A DNA stretch of 33,016 nucleotides, taken from Bdellovibrionales bacterium (GTDB taxonomy: Bacteria > Bdellovibrionota > Bdellovibrionia > Bdellovibrionales > DASUEL01). Location of the stretch: contig JBFWOZ010000033.1 in the NCBI GenBank assembly GCA_050250255.1, forward strand, positions 1-33,016. The letters run 5' to 3'. Under the pieces are notes generated by a model. The model did no database searches, had not been told where the DNA came from, and was given only the letters and a program-made list of their open reading frames with translations. A program made the position numbers and the translations under genes. This document shows, piece by piece, positions 9,456 to 17,953 of this stretch. How positions within the stretch are numbered: the stretch's first letter is position 1; every line of letters begins with the position of its first letter.

Positions 9456-11138
9456 TTAGCTACCCATATTTGCAAGGAAATCGGCGTTTGTCTTGGCCGA
9501 TTCCATCTTTCCGATCAGGAATTCCATGCTGTCCACAACGTTCATTGGGGCCAGAACTTTACGTAAAATCCAGATACGGTTGAGATCGTTTTTCGCCACA
9601 AGGAGATCCTCTTTACGAGTTCCCGACTTGTTGATGTCCATACATGGGAAAATACGTTTTTCCATGAGCTTACGATCCAAATGAATCTCACTATTCCCAG
9701 TACCTTTAAATTCCTCGAAGATGACTTCATCCATACGCGAGCCGGTATCGATAAGGGCTGTTGCAATGATCGTGAGACTTCCACCTTCTTCGATGTTACG
9801 AGCTGCTCCGAAAAAGCGTTTTGGTTTGTGAAGAGCGTTGGAGTCCACACCGCCTGAAAGAATTTTTCCTGATGGCGGAACCACCGTATTGTAAGCACGT
9901 GCAAGACGAGTGATGGAGTCGAGAAGAATCACCACGTCATGTTTGTGTTCCACAAGACGCTTGGCTTTTTCGATCACCATCTCGGCAACTTGAACGTGAC
10001 GAGCCGGTGGCTCATCGAAAGTCGAAGAAACAACTTCGCCTTTTACGTTGCGAGACATATCCGTGACTTCCTCAGGCCGTTCATCGATCAGAAGAACGAT
10101 GAGTTTCACTTCAGGATGATTTTTTGTAATGGCATTCGCGATGTCTTGGAGAAGAACGGTTTTACCCGTTCGTGGAGGTGCCACGATCAGAGCGCGCTGC
10201 CCTTTTCCGAGGGGAGACATCATATCCACAACGCGAGTTGTGTAATTTGTAGGACTCCACTCGAGCTTGAGGCGTTCTTCTGGATACAGAGGAGTTAAGT
10301 TATCGAAAAGAATTTTTTCTTTCGACTGATTGGAAACTTCATAGTTGAGAGACTCTACTTTTAAGAGAGCAAAGTAGCGTTCGCCTTCTTTTGGAGGACG
10401 AATCGTTCCGCTCACCGTATCACCGGTTCTTAAACCGAATCGACGAATCTGCGAGGGACTTACGTAAATATCATCTGGACCTGGGAGATAGTTATAATCA
10501 GGAGATCTTAAAAATCCGTAGCCGTCTGGGAGAATTTCTAAAACACCGTTACCGTAAATGTCTCCGTAGCGTGCCGCTTTTTTAAGAACTTCGAAAATCA
10601 ATTCTTGGCGACGAAGACCTGCGGGATGTTCAATTCCAAGCTTGATAGCAAGGGCTGTCATCTCGCCGATATTTTTTGATTTTAAATCTTTAGAGTTGAG
10701 GGCGCGTCTTTCTTCTTCAGTCAAATTCGCCATGAACTCTTCGCTCTCATGAGCTTGGTTCTTTTCGGCTTCGGTATCTACCGGCAAACCTTGTGGATGT
10801 TCTGCAGGGGCTGGATTTGGAGAAGCATTCATATGTTCTTCGGGTGACATATCGTCATAGTGATCGTTGTTTGGTGGCATGTCGTGACGGTCATAGCGAT
10901 CGTTAGTGTAACGTCTGCGGTTATCATTGTTTTGGTGTCTGTTTCTTCCGCCACCACCACCGCTTTGGTGTCGACTTCTTCCACCCCCGCTGTTGTTGTT
11001 GCGGTCAGGTCTACGGCCGCCTCGCATTTGATGGCGCGGACGTTCTGCTCTTTCGCTGCCAGAATCCGTAGATTCGCCTTCTGTGGGTTTTTTAGAACCT
11101 TCTTCTTGAGACGCTGGTTTATTTGGATTCTCAGCCAC
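9456..11138 (-). CDS. rho: Transcription termination factor Rho with a ~145-aa low-complexity N-terminal extension
   Basis: [58 protein letters not shown] start preceded by AAGGAG. Confidence 0.98.
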   Translation of the reverse strand: MAENPNKPASQEEGSKKPTEGESTDSGSERAERPRHQMRGGRRPDRNNNSGGGRSRHQSGGGGGRNRHQNNDNRRRYTNDRYDRHDMPPNNDHYDDMSPEEHMNASPNPAPAEHPQGLPVDTEAEKNQAHESEEFMANLTEEERRALNSKDLKSKNIGEMTALAIKLGIEHPAGLRRQELIFEVLKKAARYGDIYGNGVLEILPDGYGFLRSPDYNYLPGPDDIYVSPSQIRRFGLRTGDTVSGTIRPPKEGERYFALLKVESLNYEVSNQSKEKILFDNLTPLYPEERLKLEWSPTNYTTRVVDMMSPLGKGQRALIVAPPRTGKTVLLQDIANAITKNHPEVKLIVLLIDERPEEVTDMSRNVKGEVVSSTFDEPPARHVQVAEMVIEKAKRLVEHKHDVVILLDSITRLARAYNTVVPPSGKILSGGVDSNALHKPKRFFGAARNIEEGGSLTIIATALIDTGSRMDEVIFEEFKGTGNSEIHLDRKLMEKRIFPCMDINKSGTRKEDLLVAKNDLNRIWILRKVLAPMNVVDSMEFLIGKMESAKTNADFLANMGS

Positions 11139-11316
11139 GCAGAAAAAACTCCTTATTGATTGATTTCTTTAGATGGGACAATTTGTTTCGATTTTTTAAT
11201 AATTATTTTTTATGGTTATTTAAACTTTTTAGGTTTGTGTTTTGACTTCAGCTTGAATTGTGTCGGTAAGGTCAATTTCCAGGAGGCTCTCCGGAATGTC
11301 AACCATTTTAATAGCT

Positions 11317-11697
11317 TCACTCTTTATTACCCGAAAGAACCCCATTAGATTTTATATGGCGATACTCAACATCTATTACGTTTTCATTTGTGGCAGGGCT
11401 TGAAGAAGGTGGAGGAGTGGGCACGCCTTTAAAGTGGTGCATACGGAACTGTACTGAGGGAACTGGATTCACCATAATTTTGTAAACATAAGCCACGGCA
11501 AAAAAGCCACCCACCCAAACTCCTTGTGGACCAAACACCTCTTGTCCAAACCAGGACATAATGAAAAACCATGTCATATTCCACGCAAGGGAAAACAAGC
11601 TCCGCGAGGCCAAGAGGACGGAAAGCGTGGCTGGAAAAATCATTACAAAAAGAACGACGGAGCAAAAGAAAATCCACATGCGAAATGTACTATCCAA
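11317..11697 (-). CDS. Hypothetical membrane protein with a C-terminal VIDVEY motif (start uncertain)
   Basis: Three hydrophobic segments, a Pro/Ser tail and VIDVEYR; fills the gap between two same-strand genes. Confidence 0.65.
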   Translation of the reverse strand: MDSTFRMWIFFCSVVLFVMIFPATLSVLLASRSLFSLAWNMTWFFIMSWFGQEVFGPQGVWVGGFFAVAYVYKIMVNPVPSVQFRMHHFKGVPTPPPSSSPATNENVIDVEYRHIKSNGVLSGNKE

Positions 11698-11732
11698 AAA
11701 TCAAAAAAAGTTCACGTCTAATTATAAGAAAC

Positions 11733-12764
11733 TTATTTAATTGTTGTAGGATCAAACGTGATAGCAACAGAAGAGCCTTGAACCGGAATCGCCGTGCCGT
11801 GAAAAATCACGCTGTTCGAACTTGCCTCATAAGTCCAACCGTTCGCGGCATCTTGTGGAACCGCGCTGCCGTTAACAGAAACAGCGATTGATGTAACCAC
11901 TGGCGTACGGTTAAGAAAAAACTGTGTAGAAAGTTCTGCGATTTTGTTCTGAATTTGGTTGAGAACAGTGGCAAAGTTATCGCAAATACTTCCCTTCACG
12001 CCACCTGTTGCATCGACGAGAGCGGCATAACGAGTCGCGATACTTGCAGCTGCGTGGCTCGCATTTTTACAAGCCTGATCCCAAACCGCGATTCCCGAAA
12101 CGGAATATTTTCGAGTCGCACCTGAAGATTGAGTCAGAGTATCTAAATAAGTCACGTAGCTTTGAACAGTGTGAAGAGCGGCGCTCGCATAATTTTTATT
12201 AAGACTGAAAGAACCGTTGTGAGAAAAATCATCTTCGTCGCTCACAATAATCACTGAGAGATAGGCATCTGATCTTCTAAAGTCACTATTGAGTGTGCTA
12301 CTAAGAGCTGTCTTGAAACTTTGAAAAGCTCTTTCATCTCCAATGCCATTAATACCTTGAGTGATATTTGTCGCAAAAGTCGGGAAGAGATTGGGAGTAT
12401 TAGGTTTAATAACAAATACGCCCGTGTGACTTGTGGCATCTGTTCCATCTTTTAAGCGTGCTAAATTGGCGTTTCCAAAAAGAGCTGCCCACGAATCTGT
12501 TGTTGTCACGCCCATGCGGTAGTCATAGCCCTTTGCAGAAAAGCTTTGGATAAAAGAATTAAAGTTATTAGCAAGATTGGTCTGCGCAGGTTGCATAGAA
12601 CCTGAGTTATCAATCACCCAAAGAATATCCATTTTATTATTCAAAACCGTCCCCTGATTAAAGACGTTGGTATCTGAAAGTAATGAAAAACTAGGAGTGT
12701 CGTTCGCACACCCCATGAGACTTGTGCTAAGAGCTGTAAGAGAGAGCACTTTATTGAGTTTCAT
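11733..12764 (-). CDS. Lipoprotein with a VWA/MIDAS-like domain
   Basis: Lipobox LMG-C, DILWVIDNSGSM (DxSxS MIDAS), VIIVSDEDD, beta-rich C-terminal domain. Confidence 0.85.
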   Translation of the reverse strand: MKLNKVLSLTALSTSLMGCANDTPSFSLLSDTNVFNQGTVLNNKMDILWVIDNSGSMQPAQTNLANNFNSFIQSFSAKGYDYRMGVTTTDSWAALFGNANLARLKDGTDATSHTGVFVIKPNTPNLFPTFATNITQGINGIGDERAFQSFKTALSSTLNSDFRRSDAYLSVIIVSDEDDFSHNGSFSLNKNYASAALHTVQSYVTYLDTLTQSSGATRKYSVSGIAVWDQACKNASHAAASIATRYAALVDATGGVKGSICDNFATVLNQIQNKIAELSTQFFLNRTPVVTSIAVSVNGSAVPQDAANGWTYEASSNSVIFHGTAIPVQGSSVAITFDPTTIK

Positions 12765-12985
12765 TATCCAACCCCTTAATGCAACGCAGCAATGCGTTAC
12801 ATGAATCCATTCTAGCCCACTTCCCCCGGTCTACAAACTTTGTGAATATTTCGTGAAAATTCATGGATTTAGTAACATTTGTCTCAAGATAAGACGGCCT
12901 AAATACTGGATTCTACAGAGCTCTTGGATGGTTGGAAAAGTAAGGGGTAAGAGGCTGATCAAAGACTCGACGAAATTTGGGAGAT

Positions 12986-13013
12986 TAAATTCCTTATTCT
13001 ATCCTGACGATAG
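12986..13013 (+). promoter_or_regulatory. Putative sigma28 (FliA)-type promoter
   Basis: TAAA-N16-GACGATAG versus consensus TAAA-N15-GCCGATAA; upstream of the cNMP-binding gene. Confidence 0.4.
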
Positions 13014-13015
13014 TC

Positions 13016-13053
13016 TTAGGGTGTGGTCTCACTTCGCGGAGGCCACACCCTAA
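13016..13053 (+). promoter_or_regulatory. Strong 5'-UTR hairpin
   Basis: TTAGGGTGTGGTCTC-ACTTCGCG-GAGGCCACACCCTAA: 15-bp stem with one G-U pair, upstream of AAGGA and ATG 13077. Confidence 0.6.
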
Positions 13054-13076
13054 CATATCTGTAAGGAAACCTCACT

Positions 13077-14240
13077 ATGACGAATGCAAATGGCGGCAAC
13101 ACGAAGGTTTTTAAGAAGGGTGAATACCTTTTTAAAATGGGCGATAAGGCCAACTGTCTCTATGTGATACAGTCGGGCTCCGTGAGCGTTCATACTCCTC
13201 GTGCAAAACAAAATATCGAAATTTATTTAGCCGGTAATTCCCAGATGGTAGGGGAACAGTCGCTGACTGGTGCTACAAATCATCTGTATTCTGCGGTGGC
13301 TTTAACGGAAACAAAAGTTTTTGAGATTCCTGCGGACGTTTTAAGGGCGCAGATTGAAGCCAGTTCACAAATGGTGAAGGTTCTCAGCAAAAGTCTTACA
13401 GAGCGAATGAAGAATATTTCTGCCGAATTGAAGTCTTTTAAATTAGAGCGCGACAACAGCCCGTGCCCGCAAGAATTTGTACCAAAACTTTTCGGCACTT
13501 TTTATCACATCTCCAAACATCTTGGAAAACCAGGCAAAGATAATAAGTGGACTGTGGATTGGCGTGCCCTTAAAAGTTACGCCCAAAAAGTGTTTCTTGA
13601 GCAGCCTAAAAAAATAGAACAAGTACTGAACATTTTTGTAAAGTTGAAGCTCATTGAGCTCCAGATGGTAAAAAATGAAGATGATCCTAAGGCAGTTGAA
13701 GAGTTGGGTTATATCCATATTTCTGAACTCATTCTTATTGAACAGTTTTTTGAATACTTTCAATATTACTTTTATAAGAGCGGTAAGGCCGACTTGTTAA
13801 AAGTAGATGAAACGTGTTTTGAATTAGTGAGCGCTATTCTTAAGGAAGCAGCTGGAGAGAAGCCAGATCGTCATGGCGCTTGCCGATTTGATTATTCAAA
13901 GTTCATGGATAACGTGAAAAAGAATGTTGGTTTAAATCTTAACAACACTCACTTTGAACGCCTCGAACAAAAGGGTCTTTACGTAAAACGTGCGACCCAG
14001 GACGGTGGCGGAGTTATGCTTTCTTTTGATTTCAATGAATTCCATCGCACTTTTTTTAGCTGGCGTGTGCTTCGTGAAATCGATCGTTGGAACGAAAAAG
14101 GTTTTGTTGATCCTAATGAGGAAGAACAAAGGAAAATTGTCTCCCTTAATCGTGATGGACCCGAGTGTCCTTCTTGCCGTGAAGTCCTTCAGGATAAGCA
14201 GAAGTTTTGTGGCAATTGCGGGATGAAGCTCGTCGCTTAA
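13077..14240 (+). CDS. Cyclic-nucleotide-binding (Crp/Fnr-like) domain protein with a C-terminal zinc ribbon
   Basis: FKKGEYLFKMGD..LYVIQSGSV..VGEQSL..SAVALTE is a cNMP domain; C-terminus CPSC-x8-FCGNCG. Confidence 0.88.
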   Translation: MTNANGGNTKVFKKGEYLFKMGDKANCLYVIQSGSVSVHTPRAKQNIEIYLAGNSQMVGEQSLTGATNHLYSAVALTETKVFEIPADVLRAQIEASSQMVKVLSKSLTERMKNISAELKSFKLERDNSPCPQEFVPKLFGTFYHISKHLGKPGKDNKWTVDWRALKSYAQKVFLEQPKKIEQVLNIFVKLKLIELQMVKNEDDPKAVEELGYIHISELILIEQFFEYFQYYFYKSGKADLLKVDETCFELVSAILKEAAGEKPDRHGACRFDYSKFMDNVKKNVGLNLNNTHFERLEQKGLYVKRATQDGGGVMLSFDFNEFHRTFFSWRVLREIDRWNEKGFVDPNEEEQRKIVSLNRDGPECPSCREVLQDKQKFCGNCGMKLVA

Positions 14241-14252
14241 TTATTTCAATTA

Positions 14253-14546
14253 TTATAATTTGGTAATGAACTGAAGGCCACAGTCTACGGGTGTGGTCCA
14301 TACCACTTTGGCCATGATTTGGTGTTGTCGAACTGTGGGATCGGGCGAAAGAACGAGGACTTCCACTACGGTACCGATGTCATAGTTAATCGAGGTGATA
14401 ATTTTTGCACCTCCACGACTGAGATTTACGATCTCGCAGGTGTTCCAATCAGGAAGCCCAATTTGCCTGACTTGAGCCTTTGTGGCGGTGTCAAAGCGAG
14501 GGAACTTCCTCATTTTTATAAATTTGTCGTCGTCGTTTTCTGCCAT
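14253..14546 (-). CDS. Stand-alone PilZ domain protein
   Basis: RKFPR (RxxxR) and NLSRGG ([D/N]xSxxG) c-di-GMP motifs, plus KVVW...GLQF. Confidence 0.9.
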   Translation of the reverse strand: MAENDDDKFIKMRKFPRFDTATKAQVRQIGLPDWNTCEIVNLSRGGAKIITSINYDIGTVVEVLVLSPDPTVRQHQIMAKVVWTTPVDCGLQFITKL

Positions 14547-14613
14547 TTCAAGCTGTCCAAACTCTACACTACCTATCGAATGTACAGTGTGCTAAACACA
14601 CTCCATTGTTAAC

Positions 14614-14641
14614 CTATCGGATTTATGAGTCGCTTGCTTGA
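14614..14641 (-). promoter_or_regulatory. Putative sigma28 (FliA)-type promoter of the PilZ gene
   Basis: Minus strand TCAAG-N15-TCCGATAG; the -35 lies inside the first codons of dusB. Confidence 0.5.
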
Positions 14642-15641
14642 TACTTTAAAACTGAATCCCTTCGTCTTAGCACCAATGGCTGGGATCACGGACTGCGCCT
14701 TTCGTTCTTTCATGAAGGAAATGGGCACGTCTATCGTCGTGTCGGAACTCGTCTCGGCGAATGGACTAGAGTATGATAGCCCAAAGACCAAACAGTTAAT
14801 GCGCTTTGAAGAAATACAAAGACCAATCGGAATACAACTTTTTGGTGAAACTCCAGAGATTATTGCACGTGGAGCACAAGCGGTTGAACAGATGGGTGCA
14901 GATTTTGTAGATCTCAACTTTGGCTGTCCTGTTCCGAAGGTTGTCAAAAAAGGGGCAGGGGCTGCAACATTAAGAGATCTCTCGCGTCTTCAGGAAATTC
15001 TTTCTTGCGTGAAAAAAGCGATCAACATTCCACTCACTATAAAAATCAGAACCGGTTGGGACGAGGATTCTCGCAATGCCCATGAGGTTGTTCACGTCGC
15101 TTACAACGAAGGCATCGAGTGGGTTGCGATTCATGGCCGCACGCGCGCGCAACAGTATGAAGGCAAAGCCGACTGGGAATACATTGCTGAAGTAAAAGCA
15201 AAAAGCAAAATTCCAATTCTTGGAAATGGTGACATCGCGAATGCCGAAATGGCCGTTAGACGTTTAGAAGAAACGGGCTGCGATGGCGTGTTGATTGGCC
15301 GCGGTTGCTTAAAAAATCCATGGATTTTTACCGAAGCACTCACAAAATGGCGCAAGGAAGACGCGGCTCCGATTCAAAAAGACTTTCACACTTTATTTTT
15401 GCGACTGCGTGGACACTTAGAAAAACATGTCGATGAGCGCGTGCTTCTCATACAAATGAAAAAATTCTCTTCCTGGTTCAGCGCAGGTTACCCAGGTGCT
15501 TCCCAATTCCGCCGAGACCTTTTCACTTCTAAAAGCCTCGAAGAAGTCTACGGCACCGTCGACGGTTACTTCGCTAAGCTTTCTACGCTTCCTCAGCAAG
15601 ACACCAGTAGCGAAGCCTTCCTCATGGGCGGCCACGGCTAA
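14625..15641 (+). CDS. dusB: tRNA-dihydrouridine synthase
   Basis: LAPMAGITD, DLNFGCPVPKV, KIRTGWD, IHGRTR, GNGDI, IGRG..NPW. Confidence 0.95.
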   Translation: MSRLLDTLKLNPFVLAPMAGITDCAFRSFMKEMGTSIVVSELVSANGLEYDSPKTKQLMRFEEIQRPIGIQLFGETPEIIARGAQAVEQMGADFVDLNFGCPVPKVVKKGAGAATLRDLSRLQEILSCVKKAINIPLTIKIRTGWDEDSRNAHEVVHVAYNEGIEWVAIHGRTRAQQYEGKADWEYIAEVKAKSKIPILGNGDIANAEMAVRRLEETGCDGVLIGRGCLKNPWIFTEALTKWRKEDAAPIQKDFHTLFLRLRGHLEKHVDERVLLIQMKKFSSWFSAGYPGASQFRRDLFTSKSLEEVYGTVDGYFAKLSTLPQQDTSSEAFLMGGHG

Positions 15642-15665
15642 TTTTTTTATTGCTTTAGGTGGAGG

Positions 15666-15789
15666 GGGAGCGGATGGGATTTAGATTGTGTCTCTCCCGA
15701 CACGGCCATCCTTGGCCTCGCCGACCGGCAAGCGCGCCATCCATGGGTCGGAGGTCGTGAGAGACACAATCTAAATCCCATCCGCTCCC
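15666..15789 (+). repeat. Structured palindromic element copy A (perfect 31-bp arms around a 62-nt core)
   Basis: Arm 15666-15696 GGGAGCGGATGGGATTTAGATTGTGTCTCTC is the exact reverse complement of 15759-15789; core is 15697-15758. Confidence 0.93.
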
Positions 15790-15903
15790 ACAAACTCCGA
15801 GAACAATAAAAAAATTATCCTTATTGTCCGCTTGCCTCCTGAATTTTCAGATGCTGAATTTCCGAAGACACGCTGGGAGTTTTTTAAATATGTGTAACGT
15901 TTT

Positions 15904-16029
15904 TGTAATGGCGGAGATTTGTTTTGGGTCTTGGACGACCTCCGACCCATGGACGGCTGGCTTGTCTGTCGGCGAGGCCCATGGATGGGCCGTGTCGGCC
16001 AAGACCCAAAACAAATCTCCGCCATTACA
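15904..16029 (-). repeat. Structured palindromic element copy B (perfect 31-bp arms around a 64-nt core), inverted relative to copy A
   Basis: Arm 15904-15934 TGTAATGGCGGAGATTTGTTTTGGGTCTTGG is the exact reverse complement of 15999-16029. The reverse complement of core 15935-15998 matches core A at 56 of 64 aligned positions. Confidence 0.93.
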
Positions 16030-16049
16030 CGATGAAGTACTTTAAAAAA

Positions 16050-16931
16050 TTAAATGTAGTCGTCGGAGTATTCGGCTTCGTCTTCGGGGGTGAAGCTTTC
16101 GTCAGGGGTTTCGTCTTCGATTTCAGGTTGGGTGAGTTCGCCGGAGTCGTCGACGGGTGCTGCTGGCATGTTTTGGACGAGTTCGCCGTCCCACGGGAAT
16201 GATCCCATGTTTAACTTTGCTAGGGTGTAGGATTCAAAGTCGATGCGGCCTAATAGAAACATTCTCTCGACTGTCTGGCGGATGCGTTGGCGGGCGTAAG
16301 GCGTGAGTACGCGTTTGCGAAAGCTCGCGCTGTTCTTTTTTGGGTTAGGAAGAAGAAGTGCCAGGAATGAAGACTCAAGCACACTGAGTTGATCCGGAGT
16401 TTTTTTGAAATAAAATTGCGAAGCGGCCTTTATGCCATAAAGATTTTCGCCGAACTCCACAAGATTAAGATAGCGCTCGATAATTTCGTTTTTTGAAAGT
16501 GTGCTCTCAATTTTTATGGTGATAAGAGCTTCCTTGAGTTTTCTAATGATCGTTTTCTCTGATGAGAGAAACATATTCTTTGCAAGCTGCTGAGTGATTG
16601 TGGAGCCGCCGCGTTTAAAAGTTTTTTTCAATAAGTTTTCTTTGAAGCTTTCTTTCATTTCTTCGAAATCAAAGCCATTATGAGAGTAAAAGTTTCCGTC
16701 TTCGGAAATAATAATGGCATTTCTCACATTGGAGGAAATGGATTTAAGGGACGTGTAGTTTTTGGACTGAGGACACAAATTGACTTTGTGCATTTTTGTT
16801 GTGAGACAGCCCTTGATCATTTCGCTTGTGGGTATAGAGGCGTAAATATGAAATGCGAGAATTACAAAAATAAAAAAAGCGGCGGTCCACCAGCCAAGTA
16901 TCACTGCTCCAATGGGGAAAAACTTTTTCAT
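16050..16931 (-). CDS. mtgA: Monofunctional peptidoglycan transglycosylase with an acidic C-terminal tail
   Basis: GT51 motifs SEDGNFYSHNG, RGGSTITQQLAKN, RKLKE, YLNLVEFG, LPNP. Start set at MKKFF (16931), giving an ATGA overlap with the upstream gene. Confidence 0.92.
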   Translation of the reverse strand: MKKFFPIGAVILGWWTAAFFIFVILAFHIYASIPTSEMIKGCLTTKMHKVNLCPQSKNYTSLKSISSNVRNAIIISEDGNFYSHNGFDFEEMKESFKENLLKKTFKRGGSTITQQLAKNMFLSSEKTIIRKLKEALITIKIESTLSKNEIIERYLNLVEFGENLYGIKAASQFYFKKTPDQLSVLESSFLALLLPNPKKNSASFRKRVLTPYARQRIRQTVERMFLLGRIDFESYTLAKLNMGSFPWDGELVQNMPAAPVDDSGELTQPEIEDETPDESFTPEDEAEYSDDYI

Positions 16932-17914
16932 GGGTTTAAAAGTCCCTCTTGCTTCATCCACTGTACGGAAGCTTTTATGGATTCTTTTGCGGACTGACTT
17001 TTAAAAGAAAGTTCTTGTGCGGCCTTGGTAGAATCAAACCAATGATAAAGTGTCGACATATAGGCGGATTCAGAATTGACCGGGCCTTTTTTCCCGCGCT
17101 TCTCTAAAAAATCTCCAAGTTGTCCTAAGCTTCGCACAATGGTGTTTGGAAGGAAAAAGCGTGGAGGTTTTACTCCAGCTTCATGTGCGATCATCTGAAA
17201 TAGCTGCTGAATGGTCACATTCTCTCCTGATAAGATGTAGCGTTCTCCAGTTTTTCCACGAGTACACGCTTGAATGCACGCATCAACAATCGCTTCCACA
17301 TTCACCACACTCACTCCTCCTCGAGTATAGAATGGAAATCGTCCTCTGGCGACTTTGAGCTGTGTGTTACGACTTCCTTTCAATGCATCTCCGGCACCAT
17401 AAATGGTCGAGGGATTGAGAATGATAGAATCTAGACCCTTACTCTGAACGGCTTGTACAACGAGTTGTTCTGCAGCCCTTTTAGTTTCAGGATAGCCGAA
17501 GTTGTAAGGTGCTAAATTATATGTGGAGTTTTCGTTTAACACTTCAGGAGTGGGCGAAGCCCCCACGGTCACAACGGAGCTCATGTGAATAAAGCGGCGG
17601 ACACCTGCTTTTAAGGCTCCGTGAACAGCGTTTTCAGTTCCAAGAACGTTCACTTGTTCCATCTGTTGGCGTTCCGAGGATGTATAACCGATATAACCCG
17701 CCAAATGAAAAACCACTTCGCATCCAAGAGAAGCCTTTTCTAGATCTTGCTTCTCGACGATGTCACCACAAATGACATGTACTTGTTTTTGAAGTTCAGC
17801 AGAGAGTTTACTGGGATTACGACATAAAACCTGTACGTGATGGCCCTCTTTTACTAGACGTTCTGCTAGCCATTCTCCTAAAAATCCTGTGGCACCGGTT
17901 ACAAGTACTTTCAT
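16928..17914 (-). CDS. NAD-dependent epimerase/dehydratase (extended SDR, HpnA/dihydroflavonol-reductase-like)
   Basis: VLVTGATGFLG, VFHLAG, YPETK (YxxxK), GERYILSG. Confidence 0.92.
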   Translation of the reverse strand: MKVLVTGATGFLGEWLAERLVKEGHHVQVLCRNPSKLSAELQKQVHVICGDIVEKQDLEKASLGCEVVFHLAGYIGYTSSERQQMEQVNVLGTENAVHGALKAGVRRFIHMSSVVTVGASPTPEVLNENSTYNLAPYNFGYPETKRAAEQLVVQAVQSKGLDSIILNPSTIYGAGDALKGSRNTQLKVARGRFPFYTRGGVSVVNVEAIVDACIQACTRGKTGERYILSGENVTIQQLFQMIAHEAGVKPPRFFLPNTIVRSLGQLGDFLEKRGKKGPVNSESAYMSTLYHWFDSTKAAQELSFKSQSAKESIKASVQWMKQEGLLNP

Positions 17915-17953
17915 AGATGAGCCTTATATAATTATAAAATTAGCTTTTCAATT

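Noticed and set aside
11160..11348. 62-aa hydrophobic ORF antisense to the rho leader
   Set aside because: Hydrophobicity follows from the T-rich strand composition; TTG start without an RBS.
11698..11715. In-frame upstream GTG-AAC-TTT-TTT-TGA after a TATAAT, hinting at readthrough or a nonsense mutation in the 11317-11697 gene
   Set aside because: Only six codons, next to a homopolymer; TGA is a normal stop elsewhere in the window; cannot be separated from chance without homologues.
12853..13053. 66-aa ORF in the divergent intergenic region
   Set aside because: No RBS or recognisable motif, and it overlaps promoter-like and hairpin elements.
15666..16029. The two long hairpins as ordinary intrinsic terminators or an IS element
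   Set aside because: No U-tracts in either direction, 62-64-nt structured loops, no transposase and no evident target-site duplication.
15771..16202. Short ORFs 15771-16025(-), 15824-16045(+), 15924-16202(+)
   Set aside because: They run through the palindromic elements or antisense to mtgA, lack an RBS and show no recognisable protein features.
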